63,788 nt of DNA, filler included, from Cercozoa sp. M6MM (GCA_040357565.1; 12 parts of 12 records of this genome joined end to end with filler, not necessarily neighbours in it); one strand, 5' to 3'. Numbered from the whole stretch's first letter, positions 36,098 to 52,575 are shown. The notes: a model not told the origin generated them from the sequence alone. Program-made: numbers and translations.

Positions 36098-36948
36098 ATG
36101 TGGCAGCCGGAGGCCCACGCTTACGGCGTAGCTTTTGCACATTTTGAATTATCCCAAATCATATTGAGCTATTGAGACAATGCGATGTTTGTGTGTGTGC
36201 AGCAGCAGTCGCAGTTTTCGGGCCAAGCGCAAGGACACGCTGCGCAGAGCTATGGTCAGCAAAACTACGGTCAGCAGCAGCAAAACTACGGCCAGCAAGG
36301 CTACGTACTGCAGATTCTTGTTGGAGCATGAGTGAAGCATATGCCTTGTGTGTAGTCCCCACAGGGTCAGCAGCAGTCGTACTCGCAGCAATATGTAGTG
36401 CCTGCTTTCGTACTTTCTGTGTTTGTATGTGCGTGTGTCACTTGTCTCTGCACTTGCAGCAGTCGCAAGGGCAGGCGCAGGGACAGCAGTATGCACAGGG
36501 ACAGCAGTATGCACAGGGACAACAGTATGCACAGGGTCAGCAGTATGCACAGGGACAGCAGTATGCTCAAGGACAGGCACAGGGACAGCAACAGCAGCAG
36601 CCGTCGCAGACACCAGATTCGCTCAGTTCGACCTCGCCCTCTGCCAGGTAGGTCTTTCATTTTACCCACCCCACCCCCCTACCCTCCCTGTCCCCAGGAT
36701 CAAGGAGGAGCAGATTCCGCGACTCGGTGCCGAGCAGTCGGCCGTGCAGATCTACGATACCTCCTCTGGCAAGGTAGACATGCACTACCTGTACAGACAC
36801 TGGGACAATTGGACTCGGACATATGGACTTGGACATGGACATGGATATGGATGCGTGGCTACAGGTGCCACCGCCGGCGTCGTCGACCTTTGTGGTGCGC
36901 GACACAGGCGCTGCCTCGCCGCGCTTCCTGCGACTGACCACCTACCAG
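36098..36948 (+). CDS. SEC24: COPII cargo adaptor Sec24 (Sec24C/D-like), N-terminal part
   Basis: Q/G/Y-rich N-terminus, then RIKEEQIPR and VPPPASSTFVVRDTGAASPRFLRLTTYQ, matching the D.GN.SPR..R.T.Y motif that precedes the Sec24 zinc finger; cut by linker. Confidence 0.8.
36478..36590 (+). repeat. 18-bp coding tandem repeat (QGQQYA) x5 in the Sec24 N-terminus
   Basis: CAGGGACAGCAGTATGCA units with synonymous variants. Confidence 0.9.
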
Positions 36949-37191
36949 GTTCCTACCCCTTCTTTTACCCCCCCCCCCCCCATTCCACCTGGCTACCCCT
37001 TGCTCCCTTCTTACCCCCTCCCCCCCNNNNNNNNNNNNNNNNNNNNNNNNNNNNNNNNNNNNNNNNNNNNTTAATTAATTAANNNNNNNNNNNNNNNNNN
37101 NNNNNNNNNNNNNNNNNNNNNNNNNNTTTTTTTTTCGTCGGGGGTGTTTTGTTTTTTCTGTTTGCATGTTGTGGAATCGGTTTGTTTGCAG

Positions 37192-37555
37192 GTGCCAAGA
37201 TCTTCGCCTCGAAGTGCAAGGTGTGCCACAGCATCGGCGAGGGTGAGGGCCACGGTCAGGGCCCGAACCTCTTCGGCGTGTACGGCCGCGACGCTGGTAC
37301 GGCCGACGGCTTCAAGTACTCGCCGGCCATGTCGGGCTCTGGCGTCACGTGGAACAAGAAGGCCCTCAACAAGTACCTCACGAACCCGAAGAAGTTCATC
37401 CCGGGCAACAAGATGGTCTTCGCCGGCATCAAGAAGGTGCGCTCGCTCGCCCTTCCATAAGTCGAAATTGAAAAGACTTTCACGTGTTGTTTTTTTTGTT
37501 TGCACAGAAGCCGGAGCGTGCTGACCTCATTGCTTTCATCAAGGAGCAGAAGTAA
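37192..37555 (+). CDS. CYCS: Mitochondrial cytochrome c (first exon missing)
   Basis: GAKIFASKCKVCH (CXXCH), QGPNLFG, YLTNPKKFIPGNKMVFAGIKK|KPERADLIAFI; TAA 37553-37555. Confidence 0.97.
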
Positions 37556-38090
37556 ATGACGTGAACAAGAACGAGTCTTCCGCCGCTCGTTAGTTCAATC
37601 TGTCCGGTCTTATGATGTATGTATGGGATGGTTTGTAAACCGAGGTCAATGCTTCGGGTATGGCGAAGTTTTTCGAAGCAAACATCTCTTTTAGCCCATT
37701 TCCCCCGTTAACCTCTGTCTCTAACGGCGGTAGGGCCGGCTCATACTGGGAGTGTACGACTGATGTCAGGGTTGAGGGTGATCCGGTATCGCAGCCTTTC
37801 AGAAATTGAGGATTTTGGCAGTGCAAAAGAGGACTGTCCCAGGAAAAGACGGTGGAGGCGGTGACAACTGGTCCTGGAGAGATTAGAATACCTGGTCGAG
37901 AGAGCCCTTCTTTGAGTTCTGCAATGGCTTGCCCAAGGCTTCCCTGCTCAAACACAGGTGTTCCGCTGTCAAAATCTGCCACACCTCTCTTGAGGTATTT
38001 TGTAGGTTTTAAAGCGGCTCACCGCGCGGATATAGTAGATCACGCTGTAACAGATCACTGATCATGTACGGTAGTTTGTTGAGTCTTTCT

Positions 38091-38190
38091 GAAAACCATC
38101 TGAGTAGTTCCTTTGCATCAGTCTGGGGTGGGTCAAGAGCATGCGAGCGAGATCATGTACCCACGGGACTGAGCTGACTGAGAGGAACTA
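38091..38190 (+). repeat. Dispersed intergenic hairpin element, copy C (candidate structured ncRNA or MITE)
   Basis: GAAAACCATC lead, then nested pairs TAGTTCCT/AGGAACTA, TCAGTC/GACTGA, GTGGGT/ACCCAC and CATG/CATG. Similar in sequence to 47494-47584(-) and 53693-53779(+). Confidence 0.65.
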
Positions 38191-38399
38191 AGAGAACTAC
38201 GCTATGTACAATTTGAAACATGGGCCGTGAAATCGACGGACAAACGAACATTAGAGCGGCGCGGTTACACATCGCGGTCCAAGCGGTGCTGAAGAATGTC
38301 GCGGAAATCCCGCAGGATCTCATCTTTGCAGTAGGCATACTCCTCGGGGAAGGGACGACGTGCGTGTAGCTCTTCCACCTGACACACATACTCGCACGG

Positions 38400-38400
<1 letters not shown>

Positions 38401-38450
<50 letters not shown>
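38401..38450. repeat. (TG)n/(CA)n microsatellites, mostly intronic (also about 7848-7868, 7969-8010, 39292-39336, 42118-42180, 42431-42475, 44830-44932, 47162-47209, 47846-47891, 54607-54782, 57888-57911, 62431-62477)
   Basis: Direct dinucleotide runs; many coincide with contig ends or gaps. Confidence 0.95.
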
Positions 38451-38453
<3 letters not shown>

Positions 38454-39126
38454 AACACACAAGTTGCGGCAGCGTGTGGTTGCGGAATTCGCGTAGGATT
38501 TTGCGGTGTTTCCGACGATCCCTGATACACACAGAAAGATTCAAAAGGAACGGCAGAAACTGATTGAGACCGGAGGAAGACAGTACTCATTGCTGCGCAT
38601 CCAGTTCGAGACAGCCCACTGACGGAGGTGCTCAAAGTCGGACTGTGCAGGGTGGGCAAGTACCACCAATACACAGGTTACAGATACAAGAAGACAAAAG
38701 ACATGGTCGCGTACCAGTTCAAAGTCGAGCCGAACTGTGGGACGGAACTTTGGCTTTCTGCGGCGTCCGTTCGAACCTCCGGCTTCTTGTCCCTCCCGTT
38801 CCTCAATGTTTGACGACGCTTGGAGTCGCTGCTTTCGCAGCAAACGATGTGCGCGCAGGTAGGTATCATCCCACGAGAAGCCTGTATTTCAGGACATATT
38901 TGCTTTGAAGTCAGGGGGGGGGGGGAAGGCACAACTACCGAGATCGTAGCACAGCGAAAAACGCAGCATCGAGAGACACAACTGTGTCCGCAACTCGGGC
39001 TCCACGACGCCTATTGATACAAATAACACAGGACCTAGTGCATGACAAAGTAGAAGCAAACACACGCTCAATGAAAGAGCCAAACGAGCGACGTTGCAAC
39101 AAGGAAGCACCCAGCACGAACATCAC

Positions 39127-40400
39127 CTAACTCAAAGGGTAGTAAACCGAGGTGGACTGGATGGGGGAAGGGTGGTGAACAAGCGTACCGCATGCAAGGT
39201 TCGAAGCGACAGGCGGCGCGTTGTGTTGACGAGGAACTCCACCCGAGTTTCGGCATCTACCAAATGAACCGTCGTAGGAACATGCGATCTGCGTGTGTAT
39301 GTGTGTGTGTGTGTGTGTGTGTATGTGTGTGTGTGTACCAAGCAGGTCGCGCAAGTACACGAACTGCACAAGCAAACAACGCTCCGAAAGCAAGCAGAAC
39401 TTGTGCGCATATACCAAGTAGATATACCAAGTAGAAAGCATCGTAGCGCAAAGCAGCAGCAATCACAGCGAGCGATTCTTGGTCCTCGTTCTCCTCCTCC
39501 TCCTCCTCCGACACAGTGGACGCAGCTGGCGACTGAGGCGGCGGCGTCTGCAGTGGACCCAAGTGCGCATGCTCTTGCAACTGTACCAGGCAAGTTAAAC
39601 GAACGATAAGAAAAGATACGAAGGATAAAGGTACCAACGAAAGGTCTGACACAGATTCCACTGTATTGAGCAATTGCAGTCCCATGTCGTTGCCAAGTTC
39701 TTCGCGCAGAATCTCGGCATCCACGTTCCAGTTGTCGATCTGCAAAACAACACAACACCTGAGAGGCACAACAACAAGCCGCAGAAACTGATTTACAATG
39801 TTGCGAAGTGCACGAGCGACAATGTCCACCTATGCAGATCAGCAAATATGGCCTGCAAAAACACGAAGAAAACAACGTCAGTGATACAACAGCGTATCGA
39901 GGCGAAACTCGACGCGACTTGTAATCAACACCTGCAAGAACAGTTGAACCAATCAGACAGTGCTGTGTTTATTGAAATTGAGATTCTCATACTTTCTTCT
40001 TCGTCCTCGGCCGGAGCAGCTTCGTGTAGCGTCGTCAGCAGCGACTGCGTGCAACTTGTACCACAAATCCTCAGGCCAAGTGAATTAAAAGTAAACCGAC
40101 AAGAACAGAATCCATCGTGTGCTTTTGGCGAGGCGACCACTGTGCAAAAAAGAAACGTCCTGTCAAGACACAACGTGGTATCGGGTACTTTGTTGAAGTC
40201 AGCGTGGGCAATCGCACGATTGACATACTCGGACGAAATCGGGAAGAGCTCAAACTACGCGCATATCGACAGAATTGTTTCCAACCACCGGATGCCAACA
40301 CACCAAGGGCAAGGACGTAAATTACTTCAACAATATGCTGCACAACATCGTCGTGGACCACGTTCACGCCATAGATTTCATCTAACGTCTCTCGCTGCAA
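39127..40400 (-). CDS. Hypothetical multi-exon protein with acidic patches
   Basis: Exon-like segments IDNWNVDAEILREELGNDMGLQLLNTVES and PPPQSPAASTVSEEEEEENEDQESLAVIAAALRYDAFYL; boundaries uncertain. Confidence 0.35.
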
Positions 40401-40898
40401 AAAGCAAAAGTAGTCCTAACTGAATCGGTACAGCTCGGGAAATCAAGTACCAGGTGGTCGGTGGCGCTATTGCGCAGCGTCGGCGTTACTTCACTACTCA
40501 AACAATGTCACAGAAACGACAAGGAAGCGTTTCAGCAAACATCATCCCCAAAACCGCTTGGAAAGGAAAAAGTCGCCCAGGTTGACAACAGTGGCGCCTT
40601 TGAGAGTGTTTACCGCGTGCTCATGCCAGGTAGTGCTGGATAGCTTACAGTAGAACACGAGAACACGCCCGATCTGCTTGCCGATCAATCACCAATAATG
40701 ATGGGGAGAGAAGATGATGTGCTTCATCAGTAGTCCGGTCATCCCAACATGATCGCGTGCTCCGGATCCAGCGGCCGGTTCCGGGAACCCGCTGGGACTC
40801 ACTTTCCCTGTCTTCTTGTTGCTGTTTCTAGCTCTAACAACGCAGGACTCACTTTCTAGCTCTGACAACGCAGGACTCAATAATATCAGTCTACGCTG

Positions 40899-42110
40899 AT
40901 GACGTTTGTGCCAGTTATCGTGACGCGTGCCACCGAGACTGGACAGACGCGTTGCTATTCAACATTGCAGCAGCTCCTTGAATCGGACCCAGAGACTGAC
41001 GCGTGCGTGCCGCGACTTCGACTGCGCGAACGACTGCAGTTTCCGGTCCGCATCAATGTTGCCGCCGTGACGCAGCGAGGTGAGCCGGTCGAGAGAGTCA
41101 AAAGCGACTGCAAAGCTCTAGGCGAAGGAACTGAATTCACCCTCTCCTTTGACGAACTCTCCGGCTCCTTCCTGTAACTGAGCTTTAGGATTTACTCTTT
41201 GATTTTGTGTTTCGAGAGTTTACTACCTGTCTCTGTTCTCTGCAGTGCTGACTCAAACTCTTTGCTGCCGACTTTACACGAGAGTTGTACGTTTCTTCAC
41301 CAGTTTTGCTTTGTCCAATACGAGTCGCTTAAGCTTTGGTATCTGCAGACCTAAACGACACCGAGGCCAACAGCACGCTGATGCGTCTGTTTTCACAGTA
41401 CCAGTTTTTTAAAGTTAGATGATGCGCTGCTGCAAATTTTTTTCTGAGTAGGCAAGCAACGCTGGTGCAGCGGCGAGTGCTGAACTGCTTGTGCAAGCTG
41501 AATTCTGCTGCTTTTGCGAGTAAAACCTTTTTCCCCAGTTAAAAATGGCCAGTGACCGCTTTTCGTCTGTCTTAGAAATGCACAGATGGGAATGCGTCCA
41601 TGTGGATCTGTATCGTCACCAAGGTAGTCACTGTCAATCTTCCTTGCCTTGAAAGTTGGATATCAATACAGTGTTTCCTGGACAGACAGCGGGGTCCAGT
41701 TGTTTCATGTGCACTCCAAGCACGACCTGGGCCAGTACTGCAGGGCAAAACACGAGGCAGTTTGTCGGTAGGGTTCGCATTTACCACACTCATTTGTTTT
41801 GACTTAACTTTGCGTTTCCCAGGGCGCAAGATACGGTGCGAGGTGTGATGTTCGAAACCGGTCCTGTGGACGACCTGCGCATCTGCTGCGATGCCATGTA
41901 TTCTTTGCGAGCACCATCATGTGTTCCCATGTGGCCTTGTTACCGCCTCCTTGTTGCTGTTAGTCCGCACTCGGTGGTGCCCTTGGACAGCGTGGTGCCG
42001 TCCATGCCGGGTATCTTTGTGACAGGCACCTGTATGGGTGTGCACGTTGAAGATGACGGCTACGTTCGATACGTCGAGACACTGCCGTTGGACGGCAACG
42101 TAAATTTACT
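40899..42110 (+). CDS. Hypothetical multi-exon protein (3' end uncertain)
   Basis: MTFVPVIVTRATETGQTRCYSTLQQLLESDP... followed by short exons bounded by GT/AG. Confidence 0.4.
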
Positions 42111-42115
42111 CTTGC

Positions 42116-42185
<70 letters not shown>

Positions 42186-42430
42186 TACACACTTGTGTAT
42201 AATTGAGGTATTTTCAGCCCTTGAACCCCAAAAAATGGAGCTGCATGGCCTGCAGCAACTCGTAAATTTAGTTTATCTCTCGTATTATTGGCTTGTCTCA
42301 GTGTGTGATTGATCAACCCTGCGGACACAGNNNNNNNNNNNNNNNNNNNNNNNNNNNNNNNNNNNNNNNNNNNNTTAATTAATTAANNNNNNNNNNNNNN
42401 NNNNNNNNNNNNNNNNNNNNNNNNNNNNNN

Positions 42431-42478
<48 letters not shown>

Positions 42479-42518
42479 CGCACGCACATACACACACACA
42501 AGCGCAAAGGTATCGTAC

Positions 42519-42839
42519 CTCCTCGCAGAACATGTCGAGCACGTTGTACATCTGCTGCTCGCGCGCGGACGGCTGCGACGAGGCGCGCATCATGGCGGCG
42601 GCGCGATAGGCCACGTGCACCAGTTGGGAGGCCGTCGGCGGGGCGGCCTGGAGGCGCAGTCTCGTCTCCTGGATGTAATCCAGCGCGGACTGCCACTTAG
42701 GGTGGTGCCGCGCCGCTGCTGGCAGCGCCGCCATCTCGCGCAGGCAGTCCGCGTAAGAGCGCGCCAGGTCGGCTGTCGCGCCGCCGGCGGCACGGCGCAC
42801 GCCCGCCAGGCGCAGTACTCGCGGAGCAACAGAATTCAT
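42519..42839 (-). CDS. Hypothetical protein, first exon, possible mitochondrial presequence
   Basis: MNSVAPRVLRLAGVRRAAGG... (Arg-rich N-terminus lacking acidic residues), GC3-biased, followed by a GT donor and a (TG)n intron. Confidence 0.5.
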
Positions 42840-43176
42840 TCTATCATTCAGTAGGGAGGAATTAAAAAAAAAACAAAACAAGAAACAACCAAACAGCAAA
42901 ATCAAATAAAACAAAACAAATAAAACAAACGACTTTTGGCGTGCGCCCGATTATCAAATATGCCCACAAATTGGTTGCGGAATCTGTTTCTTGCGATCAA
43001 GCCTTACTATACATTACCTTCCACCCGGATCGGGTTCTGCAGTACAGTAAACCACTACCGTACAGTACTTCTCGCACCGCCCGCACCACACAAAAACTTT
43101 TAAGGGGGCATCGCTTCAAGAAAAGTCTGTGATACTGCGCCTGCAGGGTGGCAGCGTGTGTGATACTACACCAGCG

Positions 43177-47294
<4,118 letters not shown>

Positions 47295-47493
47295 CTGAGT
47301 GGAGTAGCTCGACTTGGGTTGGTCGAAAATTACCAGTCGCTTATGATGAAAATAAGTCAGTCACAGGAAAGCGTATAATCTAAAATAATCATGCGACTGC
47401 AAGGGCTGCTGTATCAATTCAGGTGCTGTTTTCGTGGGGATTTCTGCACCAACCATGAAGTCGACTTCAGTGTCCGGGGAACGTCAAAAGTCG

Positions 47494-47584
47494 AGTTTTT
47501 GCCTACCCTAGGCGGGCGGGAGGCACGGTCATGTTCTTGCGACCCACCCCGGCCGGGCTGGTGCAGGGGAACTAAGTTGGTTTC
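47494..47584 (-). repeat. Dispersed intergenic hairpin element, copy A
   Basis: Minus strand reads GAAACCAACTTAGTTCCCCTGCACCAGCCCGGCCGGGGTGGGTCGCAAGAACATGACCGTGCCTCCCGCCCGCCTAGGG; GGGTGGG pairs with CCCGCCC. Confidence 0.65.
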
Positions 47585-47843
47585 CTAGACTCGACTAACC
47601 AACTTTCGTGGGGTTTGCGTTTTGATGCATGTAGCTCTGCGGCCACTCAGGTCGGACATCCCCAGTGGAGGTCGAACGAGGTCACTTCCTACAATGAAAC
47701 GCTACGCGCTCCACTAGGTCTTTCAACATGCATCAAAAGACAATTTGAAGTGCAGCGTCCTCCTGGCTGTTTGCGTTTCAGGGTCAGTGTGTCAGTGCGT
47801 CAGTGTGTCAGTGTGCCAGAGTGTCAGTGCGTCAGTGCCCCGG

Positions 47844-47891
<48 letters not shown>

Positions 47892-48024
47892 NNNNNNNNN
47901 NNNNNNNNNNNNNNNNNNNNNNNNNNNNNNNNNNNTTAATTAATTAANNNNNNNNNNNNNNNNNNNNNNNNNNNNNNNNNNNNNNNNNNNNCCCCCAGTC
48001 TCCCCTATTTACCCTCCTCTTCAG

Positions 48025-48545
48025 TGAAGAAATGAGCGAAAGCAAGCTGTGTCGCATGTTGGCCGAAATCCTGTGGAATTTCGGTACAGTTACTGCAGCC
48101 TTAATTACTCTGATTAAGGTTGCGGTTGTGCAGATGATAACGACGACGAGGACGAAAGCCAGACGCGAATCTTTCGAATTAAGGGCGTTTTTGTGTCGCG
48201 TCGGTCGCCGCAAAAACGGCGTTTTTTGCAGTCGGTTCAGGAACTGTTCGAGTTCAACTGGGGTCCCGACTGGTACTCCACAGGCACCTTCCTTCTAGTT
48301 TTACTCTCTTATACCTTCCTATGGTCACATAGGGACACCGAGACTCCGCGTAACAGGTTCGCAGTGATTGGACGCAATATTTCCGAGAGCGAGCTGCGTC
48401 TGCGACTGCAGTGTGCTATCGCCAGCGAGGTCTGTTCATTTTCAAGTCGATACGCGTGTTGGAAGGACCGAGATATTCTGAGCTTGGGCAGGACTCTGAA
48501 TCCGAGGGCGACTCCGAGCCGGACGAGTCTGAGGATGAGGAATAA
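48025..48545 (+). CDS. CobW/COG0523 (ZNG1/CBWD) zinc metallochaperone GTPase, C-terminal domain (5' truncated)
   Basis: LAEILW, IFRIKGVF, RRFLQSVQELFEF..W, PRNRFAVIGRNISESELR fit the CobW_C pattern; acidic last exon ends TAA 48543-48545. Confidence 0.8.
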
Positions 48546-48818
48546 ACGGCCTAGCACATGGGGTGTGTTAATTGAGCGGATGGGGCAAAGCTTTACCCAG
48601 AAGAACAGACTACCAGAGATTCCAAAATTAAACCGGAATACCCGCGCAGTCTTCAATTTTACCTAGTTCTGACGTTCTGGGTTTGCCGTGCACAGCATGA
48701 TTTATTTTCTTTTTCGCTTGCTATTTGCTTTGATGTACATTTCCGTTCGCTTGCAGGGTGCTAATTTAGATCCTCCTGTAACTTGCGTCCAGATGATCAC
48801 TGTAGCTACCAAGTTACA

Positions 48819-50179
48819 TTAAAATACAGTCACTCGCAAGCTGTCCACGGCATCATCTAGCAGCAAACGTAGCGCTTTGAAAACACGATCCACGGGCACA
48901 GAAACTTGCAGGCTGCATCGGCACGCAAACATCAGCAGAAAGGCTCCTGTGCACAGTGATAGCAATGCCAACAGTCTTCAGTCACTTCTTTTATCCATGC
49001 ACAGTAGTTTAGCTGTACCGTTGAGTTGTGAGTTTTGAGTGCTCTCCCATGTTTCCATCGAAACTGTTCTCCGTAGTTAAATTCAAAAATACAACAATGG
49101 TCAATACCGGACAATGATAAAAAAGCACAACACACCTTCGCACTCACAATCGTCGATTCGCAAGTGCGATACTGCGCACTGAGTATACAGCAGTTGTAGC
49201 AGCCGAACCTCACCGGAGCACTCATGGAAGGCGAGATATTCGGGTGTCCAAAACTCGTCGTCCAGTAGTCGACACAGATGCGACAGTGAAAAGGCAGACT
49301 GCGGGTCTCCTGAGCATGTGTCATTGTCGGTTGCACTTTCAGTTTCGACAGTTTCATCTGGCTCTTCGGTTTTCACTTTCTTTTTCACTTTGCGAAGAGA
49401 GACTTTGCGTCGCTTGGCAGGCGACTCGCTGGCTGCGATCGCTCGTTTCTTGAGTACCACGGTGTCACTTGCGGAACTGCAGCTGTCGGTCTGACCGAAA
49501 GAAGTGTCATCACCATTGTTTCGTGTCTCGTTCACGTAGTTTTCTCCGTTGCTCATTTCACTTTCAGCTTCGTCACTCGTATGTGAACGATTCGGTTGAC
49601 TGAAGAACTCGTCGTAAGTGATTGTGCCCTTCGAGAATCAAATGTATCTTGCATGTCTTTTCACACGCATACTGAGAGGGAGAACCTTGAGACAGTTTTC
49701 AGTGTCAAGACTGTCCTGCAATGTTTGAGCAAATTTCGATTGCGTGCCGCTTAGGGCAGATCGGATGGCGTTTCTGCTCGAGTTTATAAAGCCGATTACT
49801 GATCTAACCAAGCCAGATAGTACCTAATTGTTGTCATTGTTGCACAGCTCACTCGTCGTTTCGCAGTGGCGCCTTTGCAGCGTTTCACATGACCTGTGAA
49901 TTGGAAACGGTACGTGAACTTGCGGTTGCAGACCTCGCACTCGAATTGTTTGACTTGCTGCAGGAAACAGCACTGAAGAAGCAATGTGCAGCGAAAGCAG
50001 GTGATACAACATGTTACCAAGTGCATCGTGATTATGTGCTCAACCAATGAGGACTTTGGTTCGAGGCACAAAGGACAAGCGTCACCGCCGCTTTTCAGTT
50101 TTGCCTTGGTCGATTCGCTTCGAATTGCTTTTACAGTTGCAGCAACTCGACGTCTCGGTTTGCTGTTGCATCGGCGCAT
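48819..50179 (-). CDS. C2H2 zinc-finger protein with NLS-like basic patch
   Basis: CPLCLEPKSSLVEHIITMH and FECEVCNRKFTYRFQFTGHVKRC, then PAKRRKVSLRKVKKK; exons join in frame to TAA at 48821-48819. Confidence 0.7.
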
Positions 50180-50505
50180 TTTGTTCTAAAAAGCCTGGTA
50201 GTATCACAGCACTGTCCTCGAACAACTGTTAGAGCTCAGCTGCGCGGTAAAGTACAGTAAGTGATTTGATCATTCTTTCCAAACAAACACGTCCATCCGA
50301 TTCGGGGCCGCGCGGAAGATTCTCAGGCTGTATGAGCTTGCTTCTTTCTGGCCTATTAGGACAGTATTGTTCGTCCGTTGTGCTTATGGGGTCGACTTAC
50401 ACGGATTGATGCTACAGCAGACCTTGTTGTTGCATTCTGCCACAACCACAAAGGCTTAATTTACTCAGTTATTCAGTTATAAATTTACGATTGACACTGT
50501 ACATC

Positions 50506-52575
50506 ATGAGGTTTCGACGCTCTCTTTTCTTTCCAAGATGCACAAGGAAGATACCAAGACCAGCGCTGACAGCACCTACGACCCTACAGAATGCAGCACA
50601 GGTTGAGTTCAAAGGCATGCCCAGCGACAGCAGATTGATTCTTGGAACACAATTCTTACAGGTATATGTATAGCGTTGTCGTGTCGATTCTGCCGCCGTG
50701 CGACTTGTGCCAAGATACTTTAGACAGCCCGATAGTAGAGTAAATGATGTTAAAGATGCCGCCGATGATGAAAAGCGTTCCACTATTGAAAAACAGCATG
50801 GTTTTTTAATTGCGTGACTTGATGAGCATCAACGCACAACACGTAGTAAGGAGTCCCGACGCCCATTGCGATTTGCTACCACAACAGTTTCTTTCTGCCT
50901 ACTTCGATCCCGAGTCTAAACGCCTTAAAACTGATCTGGAAATAATGACCGAACTGAAGTTTCGTATCAGCGCCGCAGGCAGGCACGCGCCACTGCAGTC
51001 TAGTTGGTTCCGTACTGACTCAACTAACGACAGCAACCAGTGCCAATCTTGGAGAAGATCATTTTTTGAATTTGAACGTTCATTGCTGATGACAATCAGA
51101 ATGTTACCAGTAAGTCACTGGGTCGATGCGATCGACTTTTTTGCTCAAAGGCTCCCTGGTTGTTTGACGGACTTTAACTATGATTCAAAGCTCCCAGTAA
51201 ACTCTTAGTGAGAAAGCCGTGTTCTATATTTCTTCATGCGTGTTCATCTCATTGTCTGTCATCGTACCTGGCGGGCGACGAGACGACTCGACGGACGAGA
51301 GCGAGACGACGAGACGCCGACGCCGACGACTCCTCCTACTCCCAGGCCACCGGAAACTTCAAAAGCGGAGTTGATCGTCCCCGCACGGCAGACAGGATCA
51401 GTGCCCGCGCGGACTGGGGTCTGGGGAAACTGACTGACTTTTCGCTCGGTTTGTTAGAGTATCTGAAATTGTGCAGGTTCCACGCTGGATTCAGCCAGCT
51501 TGGAATGGCTGAAACTGCAGAGCTTATCGCCCAGAAGGATGAGAGATACCGTAACGTTTTTGGGGTACAAAGAAACTGTTGAAACAATTGTACCGCTTGA
51601 TCACTCTCGTTTGTGACAAGCAGCTCTTGGTGAAAGGCGAACTTGGACGTGCACTAAACATTACCGAGCAGTCAATACTCATGTTGTGTGGCATTGTGCC
51701 ACTGGCATACTGCATTTTGGCGTATAAAAAAGTGATGCAGTCGTTTGACCTCATCCGACTGTCAACTCGGTCAACAACAGTGCTTCGGGAACGAAGAAGC
51801 AGCGTCGGCTACACCAGTACAATGCATCAGCAAGCTTGGTGTATGATTGGTAACCAGCAAATACTTGGGCATCATCCTACAATGCAACATAAACGACATG
51901 TAAGTTTAAACTTACTCAATATTGTGGATTTTGGTAGTGACTAGCGTTTTGTTAATCGTCTACAGCGTCGACTGTCGGTCTCAGCTGGAAATCTATTCGA
52001 CGTTAATTACAGGGTACTTGTACTTTATTGATTGGCAGTGTTGGAATTTTCGGTTTGAACTGAACATTAATTTAGATAAGTTTACTACCCAGTACCCAGA
52101 TGTAAATGTTGATGCGAACCCCTCCCCCAGTGTGCTTGTCAACATCCTGAGTTCGTTTGAATACACTGCACAGCTGCTTCATGTAAGGTCATTTAAATTG
52201 TATAAATTTAAACAGTTACAGCACAATTTACCGGATTTGAAGTTGATAAGTTGCTGCAACAGTTCCAGTTTAAATGTAGTTTGAATGTTTTAATGATAAG
52301 CGTGCCCCTGGTAGCTTTGGTATGTGTCAAGTAAATTTAAGCAGGTGACGAATCTGCTACGCGGATCCAAGTATTTGCTAAGCTCGTCGCTGTTCTTTTA
52401 TCAAGTTGGTGAAATTCAAGAAAGCCCTGGCAGGTGGTAAATTTGCTTCAATGCGGCTGGTTTACAGTAACACTAATTTTTGATGTGTAAATTAACTTAA
52501 TTGCAGTAGGTGTCTGTACAATAGTGCATATAATGCGCTTCGGTTTGTACTCTCAGACAAGTCTAAATACTTCGG
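50506..52575 (+). CDS. Hypothetical intron-rich protein
   Basis: Open segments (FLSAYFDPESKRLKTDLEIMTELKF, HAGFSQLGMAETAELIAQKDERYRNVF) separated by AT-rich GT-AG introns; no family recognised. Confidence 0.3.
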
